Position numbers and translations under genes: made by a program. DNA of 64,000 nucleotides from the NCBI GenBank assembly GCA_002747515.1, contig PDPP01000017.1:4392-68391 (forward strand), written 5' to 3'. Shown one piece after another: positions 10,286 to 19,897 of the stretch. Positions within the stretch are counted from its first letter, which is position 1. Each line of letters begins with the position of its first letter. The notes below the pieces were generated by a model. That model saw only the letters and a program-made list of their open reading frames with translations. It had not been told where the DNA came from and did no database searches. Origin of the DNA: Candidatus Moraniibacteriota bacterium (GTDB lineage: Bacteria > Patescibacteriota > Minisyncoccia > Moranbacterales > GCA-2747515).

Positions 10286-11242
10286 ATGGATAAAAAAATA
10301 AAAGAAAAGAAAGTGATATCAATTATCATCCCAGCATATAATGAAGTGGAAAATGTTTTACGCATCTATAAAGCACTTAAGAAAGAATGGAAAAAATCAA
10401 TGAAAAAGTTCTATGATTATGAAATTATTTTTATTGATGATGGAAGCACGGATGAGACGATAAAGGAAATTGAAAAAATTGCACATACAGATGAACAAGT
10501 ACGTTTTGTGGAATTTTCACGAAATTTTGGTAAGGAAATCGCAACAACTGCAGGAATTCATGTGTGTACAGGTGATGCGTGTATCATAATTGATGCAGAT
10601 TTACAACACCCAGTAGAATTAATTCCAGAATTTATTGAAAAATGGTGTAATGGATTTGAGGTGGTTATTGGTGTTCGAAAAGAAAGTAAAAGTGATAGCT
10701 GGATCAAAAAGATTGGTGGAAAGGTATTTTATAAAATTATGCGATTTATCTCTGATGTGCCAATCATCTCTCATGCAACAGATTATCGATTACTTGACCG
10801 TAAGGTAATTGATGCGTTTAATGAATTGCCAGAGCGAAATCGGATGACACGTGGATTGATTGACTGGCTTGGATTTAAGCGAGGCGTCATTTATTTTGAA
10901 GCAAATGAACGGGTGTGTGGCACAGCAAGTTATTCTACATGGAAGTTGTTTCGTCTTGCATTTACAAGTGTCATCTCTCTCAGCATGATGCCGCTGCGAT
11001 TTGCTGGATATCTGGGTGTGATTATTATGTTTGCTTCAGGAGCACTTGGCATTTTTATGTTTGTTGATCGTTATTTTGCTGATTGGGGATTTCATTTTTC
11101 AGGCTCAGCGATTCTTGCTGATATCATTCTCTTTCTTATTGGTATCGTATTAATATCTTTGGGATTACTCGCATTTTATATCGGACACATCTATAACGAA
11201 TGTCAGGGAAGACAAATGTATATTATAAGAAATAAAAAATAG
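10286..11242 (+). CDS. GT2 polyprenyl-phosphate glycosyltransferase (DPM1/ArnC/GtrB-like)
   Basis: Motifs ISIIIPAYNEVENV, FIDDGSTDET and DADLQHP are followed by two C-terminal TM helices, the classic DPM1/GtrB architecture. It would be a functional partner for GT-C enzymes. Confidence 0.65.
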   Translation: MDKKIKEKKVISIIIPAYNEVENVLRIYKALKKEWKKSMKKFYDYEIIFIDDGSTDETIKEIEKIAHTDEQVRFVEFSRNFGKEIATTAGIHVCTGDACIIIDADLQHPVELIPEFIEKWCNGFEVVIGVRKESKSDSWIKKIGGKVFYKIMRFISDVPIISHATDYRLLDRKVIDAFNELPERNRMTRGLIDWLGFKRGVIYFEANERVCGTASYSTWKLFRLAFTSVISLSMMPLRFAGYLGVIIMFASGALGIFMFVDRYFADWGFHFSGSAILADIILFLIGIVLISLGLLAFYIGHIYNECQGRQMYIIRNKK

Positions 11243-11379
11243 TTCATATTATTTTTACAAAGATAGGAATATAAAGAGTGAAGAATTTTATATTGTCATT
11301 CCAGCGCAAGTGGGAATTTAGTAAATATAAAATAAAAAATATTTTAAACAATATTGCAGAAGCAAGTTATAAAACATTT

Positions 11380-12954
11380 ATGAGAATTCTTTGGTTTACA
11401 TGGAAAGATAAGACGCATCCACTTGCAGGTGGTGCAGAGGTTGTCGCGAGTGAGCTAGGCAAACGTCTTGTATCTGATGGTCATGAGGTTGTTTTTATTG
11501 TTGGTGGATATAAAAAAAATAAAAAAGCTAGATCAAAAGAAATAATTGATGGTTACACAGTGATCCGTGTCGGTGGACGTTGGAGTGTGTATTGGCAAGC
11601 ATATAGATATTACAAAAAACATCTCAGAGGTTGGGCAGATGTTGTGATTGATGAGATGAATACGATGCCATTTTTCACAAAATATTACATAACAAAAAAT
11701 AAAAACACTCCTACTTGTCATTCTCGTGAAAGAAGAAATCCAAAAGATAAAAAAGATACACCGTGTCATTCTCGTAAAAGCAGAAATCCAGAATATGAAG
11801 AAAACACCTTTTGTCATTCTCGTAAAAGCAGAAATTCAGAACATGAAGAAGCTACCTCTTGTCATTCCCGCGCAGGCGGGAATCCAGAGAATAAAGATGT
11901 CGTTAAAAATCAAAAAAAATCCTTTTGTCACAATCACGAAGCAGAAAATTCACAAAATAAAAATCCACGCCAGTTTCTATTTGTTCACCAACTTTGTAGA
12001 GAGATTTGGTTTTATCAGATGTTTTTTCCACTCAATATTATCGGTTATGTGTTAGAATTTTTTTATCTGCGTTTACTCAATGATCAAGAAGTGATTACCG
12101 TGTCAGAGAGTACAAAAAAAGACCTCATGCGATATGGATTTAAAAAAGATCGTATTCACATTATTTCCGAAGGGATTCAATGTGAACCACTTGCACAATT
12201 ACCTGCAATACATCATGCAAAATATGACACGCCGACTATTCTCTCACTTGGTGCAGTGCGTGCGATGAAGCGTGCAGATCATATTGTCACAGCATTTAAC
12301 ATCCTCAAGTCCACCTCCTCCCACTCTCACAAAAACCTTTCTCATCTCCACGACAACTCTTGTCATTCCCGCGCAGGCGAGAATCCAGAATATGAAGAAG
12401 CTACCTCTTGTCATTCCCGCGCAGGCGGGAATCCAGGGAATAAAGATGTCGTTAAAAATCAACAAAAAACCTGTCAATCTATTCACAAAAATAACAATCT
12501 AAAATATAAACAACAAATCAAAAATGCAAAACTCATCATCGCAGGAGACATACATGATCCATATGCACAAAAAGTACTGCATAATGTCGCAAAATCTCCG
12601 TACAAAAACGATATCACTGTCCTCGGGCGAGTCTCTACAGAAAAAAAATGGGAACTCATGCAAAAAAGCCACCTCATCGCAGTTACCAGTATCAAAGAAG
12701 GATGGGGACTCATCGTCACAGAAGCAGCGAGTCAGGGCACACCGGCAGTAGTTTATGATGTAGATGGACTCAGAGATGCAGTGGAGTGGGGTGATGCAGG
12801 ATACATGACAAAAGACAACACGCCAAAGGCACTGGCAAATGAAATGATACAAGCATTGCAAGATGAAGATAAATATGAGAGAATACGCCAATATGCATGG
12901 CACAAATCACAAAAACTTACTTTTGAAAAAAGCTACAAAGACTTTTTTCTGTGA
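11380..12954 (+). CDS. GT4 glycosyltransferase carrying two in-frame tandem arrays of a degenerate palindromic repeat (possible pseudogene or repeat-tolerant enzyme)
   Basis: The N-terminus MRILWFTWKDKTHPLAGGAEVV and the C-terminus GWGLIVTEAASQGTPAVVYDVDGLRDAVE match a GT-B/GT4 fold. The ORF is open from GTG 11278, but 11278-11379 is itself a degenerate repeat copy, so ATG 11380 is preferred. The interior encodes repeated CHSR(K/A)(S/G)(R/G)NPE peptides derived from the repeat DNA. Confidence 0.55.
   Translation: MRILWFTWKDKTHPLAGGAEVVASELGKRLVSDGHEVVFIVGGYKKNKKARSKEIIDGYTVIRVGGRWSVYWQAYRYYKKHLRGWADVVIDEMNTMPFFTKYYITKNKNTPTCHSRERRNPKDKKDTPCHSRKSRNPEYEENTFCHSRKSRNSEHEEATSCHSRAGGNPENKDVVKNQKKSFCHNHEAENSQNKNPRQFLFVHQLCREIWFYQMFFPLNIIGYVLEFFYLRLLNDQEVITVSESTKKDLMRYGFKKDRIHIISEGIQCEPLAQLPAIHHAKYDTPTILSLGAVRAMKRADHIVTAFNILKSTSSHSHKNLSHLHDNSCHSRAGENPEYEEATSCHSRAGGNPGNKDVVKNQQKTCQSIHKNNNLKYKQQIKNAKLIIAGDIHDPYAQKVLHNVAKSPYKNDITVLGRVSTEKKWELMQKSHLIAVTSIKEGWGLIVTEAASQGTPAVVYDVDGLRDAVEWGDAGYMTKDNTPKALANEMIQALQDEDKYERIRQYAWHKSQKLTFEKSYKDFFL
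11716..11887 (+). repeat. Four tandem 48-nt units (28-nt palindromic core TGTCATTC(C/T)CG...GAAATCCAG plus a 20-nt linker) inserted in-frame in the GT4 gene
   Basis: Cores start at 11716, 11764, 11812 and 11860, an exact 48-nt (16-codon) period. The first three are A/T-mutated variants and the fourth is near-consensus (tgtcattcccgcgcaggcgggaatccag). Confidence 0.8.
12361..12436 (+). repeat. Second in-frame insertion in the same GT4 gene: two 48-nt-spaced copies of the palindromic core
   Basis: The cores are tgtcattcccgcgcaggcgagaatccag (12361) and tgtcattcccgcgcaggcgggaatccag (12409). Low-complexity flanks on either side. Confidence 0.8.
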
Positions 12955-12987
12955 TATTAGAAAATGTAAAAAAATAATATATTTTTT

Positions 12988-13797
12988 ATGAAAGAACCAC
13001 TAGTGTCAGTTGTTGTGCCAACATATAATTCAGAAAAGTTTTTGAAATTGTGTTTAGACTCAGTGCAGAATCAGACTTATAAAAATATTGAATTAATTGT
13101 GGTAGATAATAATTCAACAGATGGAACAAAAGAAATTGCAAAAAAATATACCAGTAAAGTTTTTAATAAAGGTCCTGAAAGGAGTGCTCAAGTAAATTTT
13201 GGTGTAAAACATGCAAATGGCGTGTATGTATATAAAATTGATTCTGATTTTGTTCTAGAAAAGAATGTCGTTCAACAATGTGTAGATGAAATTTCTAATA
13301 ATTTTGATGCAATTGTTGTTCACAATTCTCCAGATATTAGAGTGAGTTGGATAGCAAAAATTAGAAAATTTGAAGTTGATATGTATAAATATGATATTAC
13401 ACATTCATCGGCACGATTTGTTAAAAAAAGTGTATATCAAAAAATTGGGGGATTTAATAGTGCAATCACTGCAGGCGAGGATTATGATTTTCAAAATAAA
13501 TTAAATAGAAGTGGTTATAGGACTGGATTCATAGAAGCTGAAGCTTTACATTTGGGAGAGCCTACAAATTTTTTTGCACATATGAAAAAATATTATGACT
13601 ATGGAAAAGATTTTGTAAATTATAAATCTGAAAACGAAACAGAATCAAAAGAGCAATTAGGATTTATTAGAAAGGTGTATGTAAAAAATTGGAAAAAATT
13701 TTTATGTCATCCAATACTTTCTGCTGGTTTCATTTTTTATAATATTTGTAAATTTGGATGTGGAGGGGTCGGTTTATTGATAAATAGCATGAAGTAA
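12988..13797 (+). CDS. GT2 glycosyltransferase (soluble, single-domain)
   Basis: VSVVVPTYNSEKFLKLCLDSVQNQTYKNIELIVVDNNSTDGT matches the typical GT2 N-terminal signature with the DxD region. Confidence 0.6.
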   Translation: MKEPLVSVVVPTYNSEKFLKLCLDSVQNQTYKNIELIVVDNNSTDGTKEIAKKYTSKVFNKGPERSAQVNFGVKHANGVYVYKIDSDFVLEKNVVQQCVDEISNNFDAIVVHNSPDIRVSWIAKIRKFEVDMYKYDITHSSARFVKKSVYQKIGGFNSAITAGEDYDFQNKLNRSGYRTGFIEAEALHLGEPTNFFAHMKKYYDYGKDFVNYKSENETESKEQLGFIRKVYVKNWKKFLCHPILSAGFIFYNICKFGCGGVGLLINSMK

Positions 13798-13831
13798 AGT
13801 TAAATAAGTTTTAAATGATAATTTATTTACT

Positions 13832-15016
13832 TTGATTAAAAATAGTATGTGTATATATTTTTTTGAATTACCAAAAACAGGACATAATATAAGTGGTGGC
13901 GAAAATTGTTTACTTGAAAATATTAAATATTTTAGTAAAAAGTATCGATGTATAATTATTACAACTGATTTGGCAGAAAAAATTTTCAAAGAAAGGCTGG
14001 GTGGTAATTTAAAAAATGTAGAATATAGAACAATTTCAACGAGTGATAAGGAGGGAAATTTAAATATATTTTTTTCTTATGTTTTAAGAACTGTAAAAGC
14101 AATTTTTTTGGTTAGTAGAATTAAATTAAATAATCAAGATGTTTTAATATGCAATTCAGATTTTTTTCCAAATTCTATTCCTTTCTTTATTTTTGCAACA
14201 ACGAAAAAAAGTGTAAAAATTTTTTATTGGTGGAGAGTTGTGGCTCCCTCTATTTTTAAGGGATTTGAGGGACAATATACGGGTCGATATCAAATTCCGA
14301 AAATTAATGTTGTTCATTATAAAATAAATCAATTATTATACATATTATTAACTAAAAAAAAGGGTATAATAATAACTCATGCCCCAGCATATTATGATTA
14401 TCTTTCAAACAAGTTCGCAAAAAATCAAATCAGGGTCATTAAACCCTATGGAGGCCATGAAAAAGTCGTTTTTAATTGTAAAGAAAAGATAATTGATATT
14501 ATATGGATGGCTAGATTTCAAAAATTGAAAGGTCTTGATAATTTTATAAATATTGTAAAAAAAATTCAAAAAGATATCCCCAATATAAAAGTGGTTATTT
14601 TGGGAAGTGGGAATAAAAAGGAGATAAATAAACTCAACGAAGCAATATTAAAAAATGGTCTTAGTAAAAATATTAAATGCAAAGGATTTGTTTTTGGACA
14701 ACAAAAGAGTGATTTTCTTTCGCAGTCGAAAATTTTTGCGATGACAAGTTATTTTGAAAGTTACGGACAGGTTATTGTGGAATCTATGGCACACGGCCTT
14801 CCTATTGTTTCATATGACCTTCCTACGTTTACAGTTTTTTCTCGTGGAATCATAAAAGTTCCAATTCTTGATGATGATAGTTTTTCTAAAGAAATCATAA
14901 AATTGTTATCAGATAAAGAAAAATTGCAAAAGTTTTCGGAAGACGCAAAAGAATTCTCATCGGGATTTTCTTGGGATAAAACAAATTCTGCAATCGAATC
15001 AATCATTAATTGTTAA
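13832..15016 (+). CDS. GT4 glycosyltransferase
   Basis: The C-terminal GT4 motif is FAMTSYFESYGQVIVESMAHGLPIVSYD, with the EX7E-like region. The gene is very AT-rich. Confidence 0.55.
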   Translation: MIKNSMCIYFFELPKTGHNISGGENCLLENIKYFSKKYRCIIITTDLAEKIFKERLGGNLKNVEYRTISTSDKEGNLNIFFSYVLRTVKAIFLVSRIKLNNQDVLICNSDFFPNSIPFFIFATTKKSVKIFYWWRVVAPSIFKGFEGQYTGRYQIPKINVVHYKINQLLYILLTKKKGIIITHAPAYYDYLSNKFAKNQIRVIKPYGGHEKVVFNCKEKIIDIIWMARFQKLKGLDNFINIVKKIQKDIPNIKVVILGSGNKKEINKLNEAILKNGLSKNIKCKGFVFGQQKSDFLSQSKIFAMTSYFESYGQVIVESMAHGLPIVSYDLPTFTVFSRGIIKVPILDDDSFSKEIIKLLSDKEKLQKFSEDAKEFSSGFSWDKTNSAIESIINC

Positions 15017-18000
15017 TAATTATGAAATTACAAGATAAGGATAATATCATAAATATAATTGTGATAATATTTTTTTTGTTTTTACCATACTTTATATTCA
15101 AAGGAAATTTTCATATTGGTGGTGATGATTCACATCTATTTTATATATATCCGCAATTATGGATTGAAAATGTTTCAAATTCTACATGGACAAGTTATTC
15201 ATCTTTAGGATTATTTAGCAATCAATATTATTATAATCCATTGTTATATATTTTGTCATTTTTACACATTTTTTTTATTTCGAGTTATGTAATTCAAAAC
15301 ATTATATTCTCAACAATTTTTATTGGTGGTTTTGTATTTTTGAAGAATTTTTTATATGTAATTATTCCGCAGTCTAGAAGATATATTGTCGAAATCAATC
15401 TCAGTGGTTTTGTCTATATTTTTTCTCCAATTTTATTGATAACCCCTCTTAGAGCGTATTTGGCAAATATTTGGTTAATTCCTTTAATTCCATTACTTGC
15501 TTTTTTGTTTTCTAAATATTATAAAACAAATCATTTCAAGTATAACACTCTAATTGGAATTGTATCTTTCTTTTTTGCACTAGCTTTTAATGCTGTTCCG
15601 TGGCTTTTGGGAGTTATTCTGCCACTTATTTCTGGGGTTTTAATTGGGGTGTTTTTTTTGAAGAAGGCAAGAGCATATAATCTTCTTAAAAAATTTTTTT
15701 TATCTGGGTTGTTAATTGGTTTAACTCAATTATTTTGGCTATTCCCCTTTTTTATGTCAGTTATGTCGTCACATAATTCTGTGGGATCAAAAGTTTTTAA
15801 TGATGAATTTGAAAATACATTTATAAAGGAAGTCTTAGCAACTTCTGCTAACACAACGATTTTAGATCCTTTAAGGAATTTTTTCCATATCGGACTACAG
15901 GAAAATTTTAAGTGGTCAACTTTACAATTATATTCTAATTGGTATTTAAAAATTGATTTTCTTAATTATATTTTTCCAATTATAATATTTTTGGGAATTA
16001 TATTATCTTACAAGAATTTGAAAAGGGTTTATCTAGTTTTTTTATTTCCATTTATCGTGTCCTTGTTTTTATTTACGGTTAAGATTGGTTTATTGAAAGA
16101 CTTCTTTATGATATTGGGCAATATTCCTGGATTTGTTATGTTTAGAAATTTTTATGATAAATTTTCTATAGGCTATGTTTTTTTCTTTTCAATAATTATT
16201 TGTTTTTCATTAATTTTTTTAAAAAACAGTTTAAATAGATCAGGTATCTATAAATTAATATTAATCGTGATAGCATTTGTTGTTTTGTATGATTCAAAAC
16301 CGTTAATTTTTGGGGATGTTTTTAATGATAATATAAGAGGAACAAATTCTGTTGGTCAAAATATTATAATTCCGCAAGAATATTTAAATTTTATGGATCA
16401 TGTATCTAAAGTTGTTCCACATTCATCGAATATTTTTGATGTTCCATTTGGTAATTCTGCGTTTACTATTATTGTTGGAGAATCTGGCCATTCTGTTTTT
16501 TCTGGTAAGTCTCCTGTAAAGTTATTTAGTGGCATTAATGATTTTAGCGGAAAGCTTTCATTTGATAAAGAAACTTCTAAAATTATTTATAAATTTATCA
16601 GAGAAAGAAAATATTATAAACTAAGAAATCTATTAAGTATTTATAATATTAATTATGTTTTTGAAACAAATAATATTCCTTTTGAAATTTTAAATTCGCA
16701 TCTCTATTCTGAAAAAATTTTAAAAAAGCAAGATGAAATTTTTAGGGATAATATGTATGGTGATTTAATTTTTTCTAGTATAAATAAAAATTATAATTTA
16801 TATTCTTTAAAGAAAAATGAATCAGGAAATTCTCAAATAATAAATTTTCCCAAAAATATATATTTGTATGAAGATGTCATTGATCAGAGAATTAGAGAGT
16901 CTTTAATGAGTTTGGTGAACTCAGAAAATGTTTTTGTTAGAGAGAAATTACATGGCATTAATAAATTAAAAAAAATTGAAAAATTAACAGAGGACTCCGA
17001 GTATGAAGATCATAAGCGTTCATCTATTTTGATTGTAGATGAATTGAATGTTGGGCTGTTGTCTTTTGAAGAAAGTGATAAAAATATGTATATATCAAAT
17101 GTATATGATTATATTTTTGATAAAAAAAATTCGAAAGTATTTCAAGAAAATATTTCTTCAGATTCTTTAATTGAAATTAATCAAAAGATTTATAATATAA
17201 AAGACGTTGATTATATTCCGATAGATACCGAATCTTCAAAAATTAAACTGTATACAAAATCTTTAGACAATATACTCGAATCAAGTTTTGATATTTATAA
17301 AAATTGGAAAAAAGGTGATTGTAATGCGCATGATGGCAATCGCGAAGTTTTTTTTAACTTTGACGTTGAAAAAAACAGTCTTGTTTTAAAATCTCAAAAT
17401 AATCATAATGCATGTACTTATTCTAATATTGATATTGAAAAAAATGAAATTTATTCTTTAGTTTTTGATTATGAAACTAATAATGATAGAATTACTGTTT
17501 TTATTGAGTTATCAGATGGTGAATTTATTAAACGTGAAGAAAAAGTTAATCAAAAAGGACAATTTAATCTAACATTTAAAAATCCTATTGATGATGATAT
17601 AAAATTATATTTATATTCAGGAGAATCAAGTGATAAGAGTATCACTGAGTATTTTAATGTTAGGTTATTCAAATATAATTTTTTAAAAGAATTTGATGAT
17701 ACAGATATTGCAATTGATAATTTACATTCTCGTTATATTCCAGGTAATTCTCTGAGTAAAAGAATGAAAATTATATCTCCAGTTGTAAATAATGTTGATG
17801 AGTTTTCAAATTCATTTGAAAACTGGAAAAAGGGTGATTGTGGTGCAATTAATTTGGAAAAAAAAGTTTTTTTTAACAATATTTCAAATAATGAAATAGA
17901 ACTAAAATCTAGTGATGGGCATAATGCTTGTATGCATAAGTCAATTTCAATTGATAAGAATTATAAATATGATTTATCTTTTCAATACATGAATAAAGAT

Positions 18001-18762
18001 TTGGATTATATTGATATTTATATTGATTATGGAAAAAATAACAATCCACAAAAAATAAGAAAGTCTGTACAAATTGGTCAGTGGGAAGATTTGTCTTTTG
18101 AAATATATCCGCCTCGTGATGCAGAAAAAATGACTATATATTTTTATTCAGGAAAGTCACAAAATTCTAATTACACACGTAGTGTTTATAAAAATATTAA
18201 GTTATCCTATAGTCTAAGGGGTTATTACAATAATCTGTTGGTTGAAAATGATGGGGATATCTCAGAGATAAAACCTGAAGTGTCTTTCAAAAAAGAAGCA
18301 AATTATCAATATAGGGTTTTTATTTCTTCAATTACTCGTCCTGAATTATTGAATTTTGTGGATTCTTATCATCCAAAATGGAATATTTTTGCCATTGGAA
18401 CAGATGGAAAAAAAGTGGGAATTAATGCTCAGCATGTAGAAGTCAATCGTTATTCAAATGGATGGGTAATAAACCCAAAAGAGATATGTGAAAACAATAA
18501 AAATTTTTGCGTTAAAAATGAAGATGGTAGCTATGACATGGAAATGACGATAGAATTCGTTCCACAAAGGTGGTTCTATTTAGGGTTGTTTATAAGTGGA
18601 ATAACGTTTATGAGCTTGATCGGATTTTTGGGATATGATTTTGTGAGGCGTCGCAGAGTGAAAAGGTATGGTTTGCAGCGTGGTGATGTGGGTGGAGAGA
18701 AGCGTTTTGGCGGTTCTGGTTCGCGTTCGCGGAGGTGTAGTACACGTGGTGTGCGACGGTAG
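15010..18762 (+). CDS. Giant polytopic membrane protein, possibly a GT-C-like glycosyltransferase, with a large extracytoplasmic region containing an internally duplicated ~150-aa beta-sandwich/CBM-like module
   Basis: The first ~430 aa contain about 12 TM helices. Two internal repeats share NWKKGDC..(K/R)(E/K)VFFN...HNAC. A C-terminal TM helix is followed by an Arg-rich tail. The gene is AT-rich and overlaps the upstream gene by 7 nt. Confidence 0.35.
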   Translation: MLIIMKLQDKDNIINIIVIIFFLFLPYFIFKGNFHIGGDDSHLFYIYPQLWIENVSNSTWTSYSSLGLFSNQYYYNPLLYILSFLHIFFISSYVIQNIIFSTIFIGGFVFLKNFLYVIIPQSRRYIVEINLSGFVYIFSPILLITPLRAYLANIWLIPLIPLLAFLFSKYYKTNHFKYNTLIGIVSFFFALAFNAVPWLLGVILPLISGVLIGVFFLKKARAYNLLKKFFLSGLLIGLTQLFWLFPFFMSVMSSHNSVGSKVFNDEFENTFIKEVLATSANTTILDPLRNFFHIGLQENFKWSTLQLYSNWYLKIDFLNYIFPIIIFLGIILSYKNLKRVYLVFLFPFIVSLFLFTVKIGLLKDFFMILGNIPGFVMFRNFYDKFSIGYVFFFSIIICFSLIFLKNSLNRSGIYKLILIVIAFVVLYDSKPLIFGDVFNDNIRGTNSVGQNIIIPQEYLNFMDHVSKVVPHSSNIFDVPFGNSAFTIIVGESGHSVFSGKSPVKLFSGINDFSGKLSFDKETSKIIYKFIRERKYYKLRNLLSIYNINYVFETNNIPFEILNSHLYSEKILKKQDEIFRDNMYGDLIFSSINKNYNLYSLKKNESGNSQIINFPKNIYLYEDVIDQRIRESLMSLVNSENVFVREKLHGINKLKKIEKLTEDSEYEDHKRSSILIVDELNVGLLSFEESDKNMYISNVYDYIFDKKNSKVFQENISSDSLIEINQKIYNIKDVDYIPIDTESSKIKLYTKSLDNILESSFDIYKNWKKGDCNAHDGNREVFFNFDVEKNSLVLKSQNNHNACTYSNIDIEKNEIYSLVFDYETNNDRITVFIELSDGEFIKREEKVNQKGQFNLTFKNPIDDDIKLYLYSGESSDKSITEYFNVRLFKYNFLKEFDDTDIAIDNLHSRYIPGNSLSKRMKIISPVVNNVDEFSNSFENWKKGDCGAINLEKKVFFNNISNNEIELKSSDGHNACMHKSISIDKNYKYDLSFQYMNKDLDYIDIYIDYGKNNNPQKIRKSVQIGQWEDLSFEIYPPRDAEKMTIYFYSGKSQNSNYTRSVYKNIKLSYSLRGYYNNLLVENDGDISEIKPEVSFKKEANYQYRVFISSITRPELLNFVDSYHPKWNIFAIGTDGKKVGINAQHVEVNRYSNGWVINPKEICENNKNFCVKNEDGSYDMEMTIEFVPQRWFYLGLFISGITFMSLIGFLGYDFVRRRRVKRYGLQRGDVGGEKRFGGSGSRSRRCSTRGVRR

Positions 18763-18776
18763 TGGTTGGTTTTTTT

Positions 18777-19070
18777 CTGGATTTCCGCTTTTGTGGGAAT
18801 GATGAGGGTATGGTGGGAATTGTTGGATTCCCGCCTCCGCGGGAATGACAGGGGGTATGGGAATGACAAGGGGGACGCGCGGGGGTGACATAGACTATAG
18901 TGGAAACCTCTGGATTCCCGCCTTCGCGGGAATGACACAGTGCGATATAGTGGTAGTTTCTGGATTCCCGCCTTCGCGGGAATGACAGGGGGGTATGGGA
19001 ATGACAAAAGGGGGCGCGGGAATGACAAGGGAGGTGCGGGGTGACGTATGAGATGTGGGGTTTGTAATGT
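18777..19070 (+). repeat. Repeat island A: clustered copies of the 28-nt palindrome CTGGATTCCCGCC(T/C)(T/C)CGCGGGAATGACA with GGGAATGACA(R)GGG sub-repeats
   Basis: Core copies lie at 18824, 18910 and 18960, and a degenerate copy at 18777. The island is GC-rich within an AT-rich genome and the units are 50-95 bp. Confidence 0.8.
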
Positions 19071-19098
19071 TATGTTGTTGAATATATAATGATCTTTT

Positions 19099-19674
19099 AT
19101 GGATATAATGAGAAAACAGAAAAATACGGTTGATTTGCGTGGTGGTGTGTTACGACAAGAGCAGAGGCATCGACATGGCACGCGGCGATCTTTTGATACG
19201 CAAAAGCATGCAAATGCGATATCTCATAGGAAATATATGGATGCGCAATCATATACAGTATCACAGAAGCAACAACAAGAAAGAGTGAAAAAAAATGGGC
19301 AGAATACCAAAAAATTTCAATTATTGCAAAAGAAACATTCTGTTTTATATAATAGTATTGGTGGAGTTGTGTTTTTTTGTGTGATTATAGGTCTTTTTGT
19401 TTTTACGGAGTTGACGAGTATTGATATTTTCTTTTGGACATTTTTTCTGTCGCTTTTTTATTGGCATATTGATAGTCGTGTTTCAATTGGTGGAGCTTTG
19501 GCGTGTCTTTTGGCAATTCCAGTTTTACTTATTGCAGAAAATAACTTTGGATATATCAATGGTGGTGTGTGGGCAGAAGAAGTTGCGGTGTGGGCATATT
19601 TTTTTCTCGTGATTGGTGTGGTGAAACAAATCTATGAATATATATGGGAGTCAAAAAGACTGAAGTCATCATGA
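19099..19674 (+). CDS. Hypothetical protein with a basic N-terminus and C-terminal TM helices, embedded between repeat islands
   Basis: ORF of 191 aa with a hydrophobic C-terminal half and no recognisable motif. The true start may be internal. It could also be a non-genic ORF. Confidence 0.25.
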   Translation: MDIMRKQKNTVDLRGGVLRQEQRHRHGTRRSFDTQKHANAISHRKYMDAQSYTVSQKQQQERVKKNGQNTKKFQLLQKKHSVLYNSIGGVVFFCVIIGLFVFTELTSIDIFFWTFFLSLFYWHIDSRVSIGGALACLLAIPVLLIAENNFGYINGGVWAEEVAVWAYFFLVIGVVKQIYEYIWESKRLKSS

Positions 19675-19688
19675 TGTTTTTTGTGGTT

Positions 19689-19895
19689 CTCTGGATTCCC
19701 GCCTTCGCGGGAATGACAAAGGGGAGCGCGGGAATGACAGGGGGGACGCGCGGGGGTGACATAGGCTATAGTGGAAAACTCTGGATTCCCGCCTTCGCGG
19801 GAATGACAAAGGGGAGCGTGGGAACGACAAAAGAGACAAAGATGATGTTTTTTATAATTATGTTATCCCCGCGAAGGCGGGGATCCAGGAATTTT
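19689..19895 (+). repeat. Repeat island B: two forward palindrome copies (19691, 19781) followed by a ~50-bp module containing the inverted-orientation core (ATCCCCGCGAAGGCGGGGATCCAGG, 19866-19890)
   Basis: Identical in layout to island A units (gacgcgcgggggtgacatagNctatagtggaaa). The island ends 7 nt before the GIY-YIG start codon. Confidence 0.8.
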
Positions 19896-19897
19896 TT

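Noticed and set aside
773-15006. Many 60-160-aa ORFs on the opposite strand of, or out of frame within, the large glycosyltransferase genes (e.g. 773..1015-, 4252..4680-, 9438..9929-, 12499..12903-, 14761..15006-)
   Set aside because: They are embedded in confidently assigned longer genes with clear domain motifs. They are AT-rich shadow ORFs without start contexts.
18576-19181. Minus-strand ORFs of 201 and 103 aa (and 19556..19762, 19644..19901, 20016..20450, 20132..20362, 20366..20731) encoding repeated IPAKAGIQ / IPAQAGIQ peptides
   Set aside because: These ORFs run through the GC-rich repeat islands and are simply translations of the palindromic repeat in another frame. They are artefacts of GC-rich repeats lacking stop codons, not genes.
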